From positions 160,001 through 224,000 of the forward strand of contig OY969814.1 in assembly GCA_963703345.1 (NCBI GenBank): a stretch of DNA of 64,000 bases, given 5' to 3'. The number at the start of each line of letters is the position of its first letter. Positions within the stretch are counted from its first letter, which is position 1. Below the pieces are notes generated by a model, which was given only the letters and a program-made list of their open reading frames with translations, was not told where the DNA came from and made no database searches. Below, in pieces: positions 47,175 through 57,340 of the stretch. Origin of the DNA: an uncultured Chloroflexia bacterium (GTDB lineage Bacteria > Chloroflexota > Dehalococcoidia > DSTF01 > JALHUB01). The position numbers and the translations under genes are program-made.

Positions 47175-49415
47175 ATGGCTGGAAGTTCGGCCGGCCGCGA
47201 TTCCACGTTCAAACGAGGCCAGCGTCTTAGCGGCGCTCAGGCCATTCTCTTCGCCCTCGCTCTTGCCATCCTTCTAACACTGGCGCTTGTGCCCGTTTTC
47301 CCCCATCAGCAGCAGGCGAAAGAAGGCGACACAGCCTCTCGCACGTGGCAAGCTCCTCGCGACTTTTCGTTCAATAGTGAAGTGCTGACGGAGAAGCAGC
47401 GGGAGCAGGCCGCGGCCGCCGTCCCCGACGTCCTCGTCTTCAGCCCCGATGTGCGGTCGGAGCAGAGCGCCAAGCTTGAGAAGCTGATCAGGGACGTGGA
47501 AAGCGTCCGCAATTCTTCCGACTTAACGCGCTCTCAGAAGCTGAGCGCGCTTAGCGGCACCGAGAACCTTCTTGCCCCCGACTTCGAGCCGTTCATCCTG
47601 GACATGCCCTCAGATGAGTGGCAATCGGTTACCGGCCAGGCGCGGGCCGTGCTCGAAAAGGTGCTCGAGGGCAGCGTCGCCCGCGGACAGGAGAATCAGA
47701 TAGCGGACCAGGTCCCGCAGCTCATCGACCCGTCTCTTTCAGTCGACGAAGCCGCACTGGTCGCCGCGCTGGTCAAGCCGCTGATCGCCCCGAACTTCGA
47801 AGTCGACCAGGCGAAGACGAATCAGGCGAAGGAGGCTGCGCGAGCCGCCGTGGCGCCGGTGCTAGTCTCCTACACCAAGAACCAGACGATCGTTCGCAGC
47901 GGCGAGGTGATCGACAGCACGGCGATAGAGGCGATGCGCCAGGCCGGCCTGCTTTCGCGTCGGCTGGAGTGGCGGAGCCTTGTAGCGGTCATCATGCTGT
48001 CGCTGATTTCGGCTAGCATTCTGGGCTACTACGTCTTCGCATTCGGAACAGAGAGCGTCGCGGATTTGCGACGGCTCGTCCTGCTGCTCGCAGTCTCGGC
48101 GCTGGCGGTGCTGGCGGCGAAGCTGTACATTCCGCTGATCTTGCCGGACCACCAGCGGCACTTCCTTGCCTATGCGCTGCCCCTTGCCGCTGTGCCCATG
48201 CTTATCGCCGCGCTTGTGGAGGGGCAATTGGCGCTCATCGTCGCGGCGATGCTGGCGGCTCTTGTCACTTTCGTCGTCGCCTATCTGCCGGATGTCTCCG
48301 CTGCAGCGACATCGAGCCCTCTCGACGCGCTGCGAGCTCTCGGCGTCTACGGGTTCGGAGGCGCGGCGGGAGCGCTGACGGTGTACAGAGCGGAACGATT
48401 GAACAGGTACGCCCTGGCCGGCCTGGTCGTCGCGTTGGTATCCATGGCGGTCCTCGGCGCTGTCTGGTTCCTCGATCTGGACCGCAAGCTGTGGGACCTT
48501 CCCTGGATCGCGCTGGTATCGAGCATCAACGGTCTCCTGTCGGCGATCCTGGCCGTGGGGGCTTTCATCACCCTTGGCTTTGTGTTCGGGATAACGACGC
48601 GGGTGCATCTGATGGAGCTGGCGCAGCTCAACCGCGCGCTGCTGCGACGGCTTCAGGACGAGGCGCCGGGCACGTTCCATCACAGCATCATCGTCGGCAA
48701 CCTGGCGGAGCGCGCCGCCGATCTCATCGGAGCCGATTCCCTCCTCGTTAGAGTCGGTTGCTACTATCACGACGTCGGGAAGCTGCGACAGCCCGGCTAT
48801 TTTATCGAGAACCAGATGGCGGGCAGCAATCCCCACGATAAGCTGCCGGCCCAGAAGAGCGCGCGGATCATCTCCCGTCACGTTCAAGACGGCCTCGAGC
48901 TGGCACGCGAGCACCATCTTCCCCCGCAGGTGCGCGACTTCATCGCGCAGCACCACGGGACCGGACAGGCGGCATACTTCTATCGCAAAGCGCTGAAACA
49001 AGGGAGGGAGATTGACGCCTCCTCGTTCTCGTATCCGGGTCCCCGACCTCAGACCAAGGAGACGGCGATAGTCATGCTTGCCGATTCGGCCGAGGCAGCG
49101 GTGCGAGCGGCTTCGGACCGCTCTCCCCTGGAGATAGACGCCCGCGTCGACGAAGTCATTGCGGAGCGTCTCGCCGAGAGGCAACTGGATGAGTCTGACC
49201 TCACGTTGCGGGACATCAGTCTCGTCGCGGAATCTTTCAAGTCGACCCTCAGGGGCGTCTATCATCCGCGCCTCGAGTATCCTTCGGCCGCTCAGGCGGA
49301 GGGAGGCAAGGAGCGCAAGCGTCGGCGACGGAGAGTCTCCCCCCTCTCGGCGCTGAGCGCGTTCTCGGTCGGAGAAGAGACCCCCATCCAGGAAGACGAA
49401 GAAACCGCCCCCTGA
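47175..49415 (+). CDS. 7TM-HD phosphohydrolase, PgpH-like (putative c-di-AMP phosphodiesterase)
   Basis: Extracellular domain plus multiple TM helices; EAPGTFHHS; YYHDVGK; FIENQ; QHHGT; YPGPRPQTKE; MLADS. Confidence 0.9.
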   Translation: MAGSSAGRDSTFKRGQRLSGAQAILFALALAILLTLALVPVFPHQQQAKEGDTASRTWQAPRDFSFNSEVLTEKQREQAAAAVPDVLVFSPDVRSEQSAKLEKLIRDVESVRNSSDLTRSQKLSALSGTENLLAPDFEPFILDMPSDEWQSVTGQARAVLEKVLEGSVARGQENQIADQVPQLIDPSLSVDEAALVAALVKPLIAPNFEVDQAKTNQAKEAARAAVAPVLVSYTKNQTIVRSGEVIDSTAIEAMRQAGLLSRRLEWRSLVAVIMLSLISASILGYYVFAFGTESVADLRRLVLLLAVSALAVLAAKLYIPLILPDHQRHFLAYALPLAAVPMLIAALVEGQLALIVAAMLAALVTFVVAYLPDVSAAATSSPLDALRALGVYGFGGAAGALTVYRAERLNRYALAGLVVALVSMAVLGAVWFLDLDRKLWDLPWIALVSSINGLLSAILAVGAFITLGFVFGITTRVHLMELAQLNRALLRRLQDEAPGTFHHSIIVGNLAERAADLIGADSLLVRVGCYYHDVGKLRQPGYFIENQMAGSNPHDKLPAQKSARIISRHVQDGLELAREHHLPPQVRDFIAQHHGTGQAAYFYRKALKQGREIDASSFSYPGPRPQTKETAIVMLADSAEAAVRAASDRSPLEIDARVDEVIAERLAERQLDESDLTLRDISLVAESFKSTLRGVYHPRLEYPSAAQAEGGKERKRRRRRVSPLSALSAFSVGEETPIQEDEETAP

Positions 49416-49502
49416 TATCGACCGGCGCAACCTCCTATCGCTGGGGCCACAGGTCCGGTTTGTGTATAATTGCTTTGGCCGATTCCCTGAAAAGGAGCTA
49501 CG

Positions 49503-50216
49503 ATGCGTTTTGGCGTGATCGTGTTCCCGGGCACGTGGAGTGACGGGGACTGCTACTACGTGCTCGACACCCTGCTGGGCCAGAAGGTCGACTATGTCTG
49601 GCACCGCGAGCACGACTTGTCGGCCTACGACTGCGTAATCCTGCCCGGCGGCTTCTCCTACGGCGACTATCTCCGCGCCGGCGCCATTGCCCGCTTCTCG
49701 CCCGTCATGGCAGCCGTTGCCGACCACGCGCGAAAGGGTCGCCTCGTCTACGGAATCTGCAACGGCTTCCAGATCCTGTGCGAGGCCGGCCTTCTTCCGG
49801 GCGCCCTCATGCGCAACGACAGCCTCCAATTCCGCTGCGAGCCGGTCCACCTGAGGGCAGAGAACGTCGCGACGCCGTTCACGCGCCGCTGCGCCCTGGG
49901 CCAGGTGCTGACGGTCCCGATTTCGCACGGCGAAGGCAGCTACTTTGCCGACGCGGACACGCTGGCGATGCTGGAAGACAGCCGACGCGTGGCGTTCCGC
50001 TACGTCACGCCCGCAGGCGAAGTGACAGCGGAAGCGAACCCCAACGGCTCGTTGAACAACATCGCCGGGATCATCAACGAAAGCGGCAACGTGCTTGGGA
50101 TGATGCCACATCCGGAGCGGGCAAGCGAGAGGCTGATGGGCGGCGAAGACGGGATGCTGATCTGGCATTCGATTATCGAGAGCGGAGTGGCCGATCTCTC
50201 AAGCAATCGGGCCTAG
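49503..50216 (+). CDS. purQ: FGAM synthase glutaminase subunit
   Basis: [11 protein letters not shown]; GICNGFQ; MMPHPER. Confidence 0.97.
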   Translation: MRFGVIVFPGTWSDGDCYYVLDTLLGQKVDYVWHREHDLSAYDCVILPGGFSYGDYLRAGAIARFSPVMAAVADHARKGRLVYGICNGFQILCEAGLLPGALMRNDSLQFRCEPVHLRAENVATPFTRRCALGQVLTVPISHGEGSYFADADTLAMLEDSRRVAFRYVTPAGEVTAEANPNGSLNNIAGIINESGNVLGMMPHPERASERLMGGEDGMLIWHSIIESGVADLSSNRA

Positions 50217-50251
50217 GGCGTGGCGGAGAGTCTCAAGAAGGAGGTCGAGTC

Positions 50252-50836
50252 ATGGCAACTGGAGTCACATCGCCCACCTTTCCTGTAGCGTTCGACGTCG
50301 AGTATCCGGAGAGATTGTCGCGCCTTCTGATCTTCTTCAAGTGGTTGCTTGCCATACCTCACTTCATCATCCTCTACGCCCTAATCCTGGTAACGGAAGT
50401 GCTCACGTTCATCGCCTGGTTCGCCATTCTCTTCACCGGCCGCTATCCGAGGGGCATGTTCAACTTTGTGGTTGGGGTCTTCCGGTGGCAACACAACGTC
50501 ACCGCCTACGCCGCGCTGCTGCGAGATGAATATCCGCCGTTCTCGCTCTCGGCCGGCGAGTACCCCGTGACCTACGACGTCGAATACCCGGAGAGACTGT
50601 CGCGCTGGCTGATATTCGTGAAGTGGCTGCTGATCATCCCGCACTTCATCGTCCTCTTGTTCATCGGTATAGCGTATGAGATAACAGCGATCATATCCTG
50701 GTTTGCCATCCTGTTTACCGGCCGCTACCCGGAGGGCCTGTTCCGGTTCGCCGTTGGGGTTACGCGTTGGGGTGCGCGAGTCAACGCCTACGTTTGGTTG
50801 CTGCGGGATGAATACCCTCCGTTCAGTTTGCAGTGA
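50252..50836 (+). CDS. DUF4389 membrane protein (two tandem repeats)
   Basis: Repeated YPERLSR..KWLL.IPH..ILFTGRYP..LLRDEYPPFSL; SD AGGAGG. Confidence 0.88.
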   Translation: MATGVTSPTFPVAFDVEYPERLSRLLIFFKWLLAIPHFIILYALILVTEVLTFIAWFAILFTGRYPRGMFNFVVGVFRWQHNVTAYAALLRDEYPPFSLSAGEYPVTYDVEYPERLSRWLIFVKWLLIIPHFIVLLFIGIAYEITAIISWFAILFTGRYPEGLFRFAVGVTRWGARVNAYVWLLRDEYPPFSLQ

Positions 50837-50871
50837 GTAGTCGGTTGAGTCCTTTGACTTGCGAGTAGCGC

Positions 50872-53091
50872 ATGATTGTTGACCAGCAACTGATTGAAGA
50901 ACTGTCGCTTTCCCTCGACGAGTACCGCCTCATCGTCGAGAAGCTTGGCCGCGAGCCCAACGAAGTCGAACTGGGCATGTTCGGCGCCATGTGGAGCGAG
51001 CACTGCGGCTATAAGAACAGCAAGCCGCTCCTGCGCATGCTCCCAAACACCGGCCCGAACATCCTCACGAGCATGGGCGGCGAGAACGCCGGCGCTATCG
51101 ACATCGGCGACGGCATCTGCGTCGTGATGAAGATAGAATCGCACAACCATCCGTCCGCCATCGAGCCCTACGAAGGCGCTGCTACCGGCGTCGGCGGCAT
51201 AGTACGCGACATCTTCGCCATGGGCGCGCGACCCATCGCAACCCTCGACTCCCTGCGCTTCGGCCCGCTCTCCGAGCCGCGCAATCGTTACCTCTTCTCC
51301 GGCGTCGTCGGCGGCATCGGCGGCTACGGCAACTGTCTGGGCATCCCGACCATCGCCGGCGAGGTCAGCTTCGCGGACCCTTACTCCGCGAACCCGCTGG
51401 TGAACGCCATGTGCGTAGGGATCGCGCGCATCGACCACCTCGTGTCCGGTCGCGCCGCGACGCCCGGCAACATCGTCCTGCTCGCAGGCGCCGATACGGG
51501 CCGCGACGGCATCGGTGGCGCCAACGTCCTCGCCTCCCGCGTCTTCGACGAAGGCAGCGCGGAGCTTCGCCCGACGGTGCAGGTGGGCAACCCATTCATG
51601 GAAAAACTACTCATGGAGGCCTGCCTGGAGCTCGCCGAGAAGCACCCCGACTGGATCGACGGTATCCAGGATCTGGGCGCCGCCGGCCTCACGAGCTCAA
51701 CCGTCGAGGCTGCCGCCCGCGCCGGCAACGGCATGGTAATTGACATTGCCCGCGTGCCGAGGCGGGAGCGCGGCATGCTTCCTCAGGAGGTGATGCTGTC
51801 GGAGTCGCAGGAGCGGATGCTCGTCTTCCCGAAAAAGGAGCACGAGGACGATGTGCGCCGCCTCCTGGAGCGCTGGGAGCTGAAAGTCGACGCTATCGGC
51901 CGCGTAACGGACGATGGCCTGATGCATGTCCTCGACGGCAACGAGGAAGTAGCGGCAATCCCCGTCAACGTGCTGACGACGCCGCCCGAGTACCGGCGCA
52001 TCGGACAGCGGCCACGCTACCTCGACGACGTGCAGGCGTACGACCTCTCGCGCCTGCCGGACGTGGACGATGCGGCGAAGGCGCTGCTCCGCCTTCTTTC
52101 GACGCCGGAGTTGGCGAACAAGCGCTGGGTGTGGCGGCAATACGATCATCAGGTCTTGACCAACACCGTCGTCGGGCCGGGAAGCGATGCGGCGGTCCTG
52201 CGCGTCAAAGGCACGAAAAAGGGCCTCGCCCTCACCAACGACGGCAACGGCCTCTACTGCTACCTCGATCCCTTTGCCGGTGGGGCCATCGCCGTCGCCG
52301 AGGCGGCCCGAAACGTGGTCTGCGCGGGCGGCCGTCCCGCGGCCATCACCGACTGCCTGAACTTCGGCAATCCCGAGAAGTTGGACGTCTACTACCAGAT
52401 GGAGCAGACAATCCGCGGCATAGCAGCGGCGGCCGAGAAGCTGGGCGCGCCGATAATCTCGGGCAACGTCAGCCTCTACAATGAGACGAACGGCGAGCCG
52501 GTACTGCCGACGCCTGTCATCGGCATGCTGGGTCTGCTGGACGACGTCGACCGTCGCTGCGCAATGGGCTTCCAACGCGAAGGAGACGTGGTCTTCGTCC
52601 TCGGCACTCTTCTCGACGCGCCTGTGGAGACCCTCGCCGGCAGCGAGTATCTGCGTGAGGTGCACGGCCTGGTAGCCGGACAGCCGCGAATCGACCTCGA
52701 TTTGGAGGCGCGCGTGCAACAGCTTTGCCTCGAAGCGATTGCCGGTGGTCTTCTTCGGTCCGCTCACGATTGCTCGCAGGGCGGCCTGGCCGTTGCCCTG
52801 GCGGAGAGTTGCATCAGCGGCCGCATCGGCATGGTCGGCGAGCAACTCGGCGCTGTGAGCAGGCTCGACGCCGTCCTCTTCGGCGAGGCGCAGTCGCGAA
52901 TCGTCCTCTCCTCTTCGCCGGAGCGGCGGAGCGAGCTTGAGGCGCTGGCCCGCCGGCACGACGTTCCGCTGACCTATCTCGGACAAGTCGGTGGCGACCG
53001 CCTCGTGCTGCCTGATGCCCTGGACGTTTCGCTCGCAGAGCTAACGGACGCCCACAGTCGCGGCTTGCCCGACGCGCTGGCCGGCGCGTAA
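50872..53091 (+). CDS. purL: FGAM synthase subunit PurL
   Basis: MWSEHCGYK; ESHNHPS; LSESQERM; NFGNP; SGNVSLYN. Confidence 0.97.
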   Translation: MIVDQQLIEELSLSLDEYRLIVEKLGREPNEVELGMFGAMWSEHCGYKNSKPLLRMLPNTGPNILTSMGGENAGAIDIGDGICVVMKIESHNHPSAIEPYEGAATGVGGIVRDIFAMGARPIATLDSLRFGPLSEPRNRYLFSGVVGGIGGYGNCLGIPTIAGEVSFADPYSANPLVNAMCVGIARIDHLVSGRAATPGNIVLLAGADTGRDGIGGANVLASRVFDEGSAELRPTVQVGNPFMEKLLMEACLELAEKHPDWIDGIQDLGAAGLTSSTVEAAARAGNGMVIDIARVPRRERGMLPQEVMLSESQERMLVFPKKEHEDDVRRLLERWELKVDAIGRVTDDGLMHVLDGNEEVAAIPVNVLTTPPEYRRIGQRPRYLDDVQAYDLSRLPDVDDAAKALLRLLSTPELANKRWVWRQYDHQVLTNTVVGPGSDAAVLRVKGTKKGLALTNDGNGLYCYLDPFAGGAIAVAEAARNVVCAGGRPAAITDCLNFGNPEKLDVYYQMEQTIRGIAAAAEKLGAPIISGNVSLYNETNGEPVLPTPVIGMLGLLDDVDRRCAMGFQREGDVVFVLGTLLDAPVETLAGSEYLREVHGLVAGQPRIDLDLEARVQQLCLEAIAGGLLRSAHDCSQGGLAVALAESCISGRIGMVGEQLGAVSRLDAVLFGEAQSRIVLSSSPERRSELEALARRHDVPLTYLGQVGGDRLVLPDALDVSLAELTDAHSRGLPDALAGA

Positions 53092-53118
53092 GGGCTCGGC
53101 ATCCCGGCGAGAGCGGCC

Positions 53119-53169
53119 TTGACGCGTTATCCCGCGTGCCTTATCCTATCCCAGACCGAACGTATGTAC
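53119..53169 (+). promoter_or_regulatory. Sigma70 promoter with LexA-like box upstream of rplI-dnaB
   Basis: TTGACG-N17-TATCCT (53119-53147); GAAC-GTAT-GTAC (53158-53169), one mismatch to the lexA box consensus. Confidence 0.55.
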
Positions 53170-53303
53170 TCAAAGCCTTTTTGTGGTTCGAGAGGTGGAA
53201 AGATTCCGCTCAACTTGACTGATTCCCTTGTTGACCGCGCGGGCTACGGCACTATCATGGTGAAGGTGGCCCGCTCCAAAGCCAAACTCCCTGGAGGTCC
53301 GCA

Positions 53304-53843
53304 GTGAAAGTTGTTTTTCTGAAGGACGTTGAAGGCAGCGGACGCATCGGCGAGATCAAGAACGTCGCCGACGGCTTCGCCCGCAACTATCTCTTGCCGA
53401 AAGGCATGGCCGCGCCGGCCACCGCCGACGCGGTTAGGAAGGCAGAGGCGCGCGCCGTCGTGGAAGCCCATCGCCAGGCGCAGCTCGACGAGGCAGCGCA
53501 GTCAATCGCCGAACGCGTCGCCGGCCAGACAGTCAGAATCGTCGTCAAGGCTGGGAGCAAGGGGCGCCTCTTTGGCTCCGTGACCCAGGCGGACGTGGCC
53601 GAGGAAGTGGGCAAGCTGCTCCGCCAGGAGGTGGACCGCCACCAGGTGGTTCTGGCGGAGCCGATCAAGGAGACCGGCGACTACGAAGTGACGATCCAGC
53701 TTAGCCGCAACGTGCGGCCGAACATCGCTCTGAAGATTGTCGCGGAAGGCGCGGAGAGCGAAGAGGGGGCAACGCCAGCAGCCGAGCCGGAGCAGGTCGC
53801 GAGTGAAGAGGAACCAGCCGCGGAGTCAGAAGAGGGGGAATAG
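53304..53843 (+). CDS. rplI: 50S ribosomal protein L9
   Basis: [12 protein letters not shown]; GRLFGSVT; acidic tail. Confidence 0.96.
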   Translation: MKVVFLKDVEGSGRIGEIKNVADGFARNYLLPKGMAAPATADAVRKAEARAVVEAHRQAQLDEAAQSIAERVAGQTVRIVVKAGSKGRLFGSVTQADVAEEVGKLLRQEVDRHQVVLAEPIKETGDYEVTIQLSRNVRPNIALKIVAEGAESEEGATPAAEPEQVASEEEPAAESEEGE

Positions 53844-53864
53844 CCTACCGACGAGGTGTGCGCG

Positions 53865-54053
53865 ATGAACGAAGGCTACGAAGAGGCAGCGGAATCGGCG
53901 GCAAGGGAGCTCGAACGGGCGCAAACAGCCGACGACGTCCGCACGATATGGAAGAAATACTATCTCGTTCTCGGCCATCGATCGCTCGGCAGGCTTTTGC
54001 TGGGACGGCCCGCCGTCGAGCTCGTTGCCCGTCACGAGGCACGGACCCATTAA
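53865..54053 (+). CDS. Small hypothetical protein
   Basis: WKKYYLVLGHRSLGRLLLG; SD GAGG; lies within the operon. Confidence 0.7.
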   Translation: MNEGYEEAAESAARELERAQTADDVRTIWKKYYLVLGHRSLGRLLLGRPAVELVARHEARTH

Positions 54054-54092
54054 GGACAACCCCCTCCTGTCAATAGCCTGAGGAGAGGCAGG

Positions 54093-55487
54093 ATGCTGGC
54101 CGACAGGCTCCCCCCTCACGACGTCGAAGCAGAAGAGGCGGTTATCGCCTCCATCCTCGTGGACAGCGAGGCTATCTACCGCGTCGCTCCCATCCTCAAG
54201 GCGGACGACTTCTTCCGCGAAAAGAACGCCTGGGCCTACGAGGCCTGTCTCAGCCTCTTCGACCGGAATGACGCCATCAATCAGGTGACGGTCGGCCACG
54301 AGCTCGCCCGCCGCGACCGGCTGGGGGAGATGGGCGGTCTTGCCTACCTCAGCCGGCTGGTGACGGAGCTCCCCACACCGGTCGGCGTCGAGCACTATGC
54401 CGGCATCGTGAAGCGCGACGCCGTCTACCGACGGCTCATCGAAGTGGCGAGTCGCATCGCCCAGATGGGATACAACGGCGGTCCGGACCTGGAAGAGACG
54501 CTTTCCCGCGCCGAGGGCATGCTGCTTTCCCTGCGCAGCGGCGAGCGCTTGAGCGATTTCACTCACATCAAAGAGATCCTGGACGGCTTCTGGGAGGGCA
54601 GCGGGCTGGAATCGCTGCGCAGCGGCCTCGAGGGGAACATTCGGACCGGATTCGCGGACCTCGATACTCTCCTGGGCGGCTTGAAGCGCTCGGACCTCAT
54701 CATTCTGGCGGCCCGACCAAGCCTGGGAAAGACCAGCCTGGCGCTGAATACCGCTCGCAACGCCGCCGTCGGTCAGAACGCCAAGATCGCCCTCTTCAGC
54801 CTGGAGATGGCGGCGGAACAACTCGCCCAACGGCTGCTGGCCAGCGAGTCAGGCGTCGATTCCACGAGACTGCGGCTCGGTCTGCACACGGAGGCCGAGG
54901 AGCGGCGCGTCATGAACGCGCTCGGAGTGCTCGCCGCCACCGACATTTGGGTCGACGACAGCGCGGTCCTGCGCATGCCGGAGATCCGTGGTAAGGCGCT
55001 ACGCCTTTCACGCGACCGTGGCCTCGATCTTGTCATCGTCGACTATTTGCAGTTGATTCATGGGACGGAGCGGGGCGACAACCGGGTACAGGAGATCAGC
55101 TACATCTCACGAGCGCTCAAGGAGCTGGCGCGCGAGCTCGACGTGCCGGTGATCGCCGTGTCGCAACTCTCGCGCGCGCCGGAGATGCGTTCACCGCACA
55201 TCCCGATGTTGAGCGACCTGCGGGAGAGCGGCAGCATCGAGCAGGACGCCGATCTCGTGGTGTTCATATATCGAGAGGAAGTGTATGTGCGCAAGGACGA
55301 CTGGGAATCGCAGCACGCGGACGGCTCTCCCTATCCGGCCGGCGACGCTCAGATCATCGTCGCCAAGAATCGCAACGGACCAACGGGCACCGTCCATCTT
55401 CGCTTCCGGCACAACATCGCCCGCTTTGAGGACCTCCTTCTGCGAGAAGAGGAGGGAGTGATGAGCCGGTCCTCGGCGGAGGTCTGA
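54093..55487 (+). CDS. dnaB: Replicative DNA helicase
   Basis: PPHDVEAE; AARPSLGKT; DYLQL; SDLRESGSIEQDAD; KNRNGPTG; no intein. Confidence 0.97.
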   Translation: MLADRLPPHDVEAEEAVIASILVDSEAIYRVAPILKADDFFREKNAWAYEACLSLFDRNDAINQVTVGHELARRDRLGEMGGLAYLSRLVTELPTPVGVEHYAGIVKRDAVYRRLIEVASRIAQMGYNGGPDLEETLSRAEGMLLSLRSGERLSDFTHIKEILDGFWEGSGLESLRSGLEGNIRTGFADLDTLLGGLKRSDLIILAARPSLGKTSLALNTARNAAVGQNAKIALFSLEMAAEQLAQRLLASESGVDSTRLRLGLHTEAEERRVMNALGVLAATDIWVDDSAVLRMPEIRGKALRLSRDRGLDLVIVDYLQLIHGTERGDNRVQEISYISRALKELARELDVPVIAVSQLSRAPEMRSPHIPMLSDLRESGSIEQDADLVVFIYREEVYVRKDDWESQHADGSPYPAGDAQIIVAKNRNGPTGTVHLRFRHNIARFEDLLLREEEGVMSRSSAEV

Positions 55488-55500
55488 AAGCGCTGGCCAT

Positions 55501-56922
55501 ATGAGAAGGCTGGACGAAATAATCGAAGGGATGCGAGTGGCTGAGGGACTGTCCGACGCGAACCGGGACGTGGCCTGCGCGACCGAAGAGAAGAGCGACG
55601 CTTGCCCTCTCTGCGACGGCGCCGGCTTCGTCCGCCGCAGGCTCCCCGTCGATCATCCTGACTTTGGCAAGGCGTTCCCCTGCGATTGTGTTCGGCGCGA
55701 GCGGGAGGATGAGAGGTCGGCGCGTCTGGAGCGCTACAGCGACCTCGGTCCGCTGACGCGCCTCACGTTCGATAACCTTAGCGTGCGCGGGCGCAGCAGC
55801 AATCCGCGCGATCAGGAGCGCTTCCAGCGCTGCGTTGAAGAGGCGCGTAGCTTCGCCGAGAATCCTGACGGCTGGCTGGTCCTTTTCGGCCCCAGCGGCT
55901 GCGGCAAGACCCACGTGGCCGCCGCCGTCGCCAATCGCTGCCTGGCGCTGGGCACGCCGTCGCTATTCGTCATCGTCCCCGATCTGCTGGACCGCCTGCG
56001 CGCCGCCTATCATCCCGAGGCCGCCGTCGACTACGACCAGGCATTCGAACGCGTGCGCAACGCTCCCGTGCTCATCCTCGACGACCTGGGCGGGCAGAGC
56101 AGCACCCCCTGGGCGCAGGAGAAGCTCGCCCAGATAGTCAACCACCGCTTCAATTGCCGATTACCCACAATCGTCACCAGCGGCTCTGCGCTGCACAAGC
56201 TCGACGACCGATTGCAGACGCGGCTGACAGACCCCTCGCTGAGTCGCGTCTTCGAGTTGGAGCCGGCATCAGGCGGCCGTCGCGGCGGTCGAAAGCTCGA
56301 CGTCTTCGACCAGCCGCGTTTCCGCAACATGACCTTCGACAGCTTCGACACGCAGGGTTTCCACCTGCCCGTCGCTGAACGACGCCGTCTTGAGGACGCC
56401 TACCGCTTCGCGCTGGACTTCGCGCAGAAACCCGAGGGCTGGCTGATGCTCACCGGGCCTGCCGGGAGCGGCAAGACGCACCTGGCCGTGGCCATAACCA
56501 ACTACCGCCGCCACCTCGGCGACTCGCCGTACTTCATTGAAGTGACCGACTTGCTGCACTTCCTCAGTCGCAAAGACAAGAAAGGGGAGCCGGAGCAGTA
56601 CTATCGCGAGATCGAGGAGATCAGCGAGGCGCCGCTCCTCGTGCTGGACGATCTCTATATCAACCGGCGCAACCCCTGGTGGGAAGACATCTTCCGGATC
56701 CTCAAGCACCGCCACACGGCCCAATTGCCCACAGTGGTGACGACGCTCCAGGCGCTTGCCAATCTGTCGCTGGATGAGCTGGGGGAGCGAATTGCTTCGC
56801 TGCTCGGCGACCCGAGCGTGTGCTCCGAGGTGCGACTGCCCGGCGCATCCCAGAAGCCGAGACCCGCAAACGACGTCCCTTCCCCGGAAGACGAGCCGCC
56901 GCGACGACGGAAGCGCGTCTGA
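55501..56922 (+). CDS. DnaC/IstB-like helicase loader with Zn-binding N-terminus and two tandem AAA+ domains
   Basis: CPLCDG...PCDC; Walker A GPSGCGKT and GPAGSGKT; Walker B LILDDLG and LVLDDL. Confidence 0.85.
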   Translation: MRRLDEIIEGMRVAEGLSDANRDVACATEEKSDACPLCDGAGFVRRRLPVDHPDFGKAFPCDCVRREREDERSARLERYSDLGPLTRLTFDNLSVRGRSSNPRDQERFQRCVEEARSFAENPDGWLVLFGPSGCGKTHVAAAVANRCLALGTPSLFVIVPDLLDRLRAAYHPEAAVDYDQAFERVRNAPVLILDDLGGQSSTPWAQEKLAQIVNHRFNCRLPTIVTSGSALHKLDDRLQTRLTDPSLSRVFELEPASGGRRGGRKLDVFDQPRFRNMTFDSFDTQGFHLPVAERRRLEDAYRFALDFAQKPEGWLMLTGPAGSGKTHLAVAITNYRRHLGDSPYFIEVTDLLHFLSRKDKKGEPEQYYREIEEISEAPLLVLDDLYINRRNPWWEDIFRILKHRHTAQLPTVVTTLQALANLSLDELGERIASLLGDPSVCSEVRLPGASQKPRPANDVPSPEDEPPRRRKRV

Positions 56923-57055
56923 GCCTCCTTCCTCCAGCCGAGGAACCTGATTGACTACTCATAGCTCGTACCTTGATCTTACTCAACCTAATCTCGTACA
57001 ATACCGCCTAGAGCCCGCTCAACCATCCTCAGAGGGATCTCGGGAGGTCGTCACC

Positions 57056-57340
57056 GTGGCACTGGAAGACAGGACGTTAGTGTGTCGCAATTGCGGAAAA
57101 GAATTCGCCTTTACCGCGGGCGAGCAGACTTTCTTCTTGCGGCGGGGTCTTTTGAATGATCCCCAGCGCTGTCCCTTGTGCCGGGCAGCGAAGCGAGAGG
57201 AGCGCGGCGAGAACCAGCGAGAGATGACAGCCGTAGTCTGTGCCTCCTGCGGTGCCAAGACCCTCGTCCCCTTTGTCCCGCGGCTGGACAAGCCAGTGTA
57301 CTGCAATCCCTGCTTCGAGAGGATGCGCGCGACTGTCTAG
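57056..57340 (+). CDS. Zinc-ribbon protein with CxxC-x17-CxxC domain
   Basis: DRTLVCRNCG.EF.FTAGEQ...RCPLCR; CASCG...VPFVP...PVYCNPCF. Confidence 0.88.
   Translation: MALEDRTLVCRNCGKEFAFTAGEQTFFLRRGLLNDPQRCPLCRAAKREERGENQREMTAVVCASCGAKTLVPFVPRLDKPVYCNPCFERMRATV

Noticed and set aside
47862-50168. 768-aa minus-strand ORF and similar long antisense ORFs (51697-52986, 53826-54830, 37039-37971)
   Set aside because: Shadow frames of well-supported genes in GC-rich DNA; no recognisable motifs
55501-56922. IS21 element (IstB)
   Set aside because: No IstA transposase or terminal inverted repeats; operonic with dnaB
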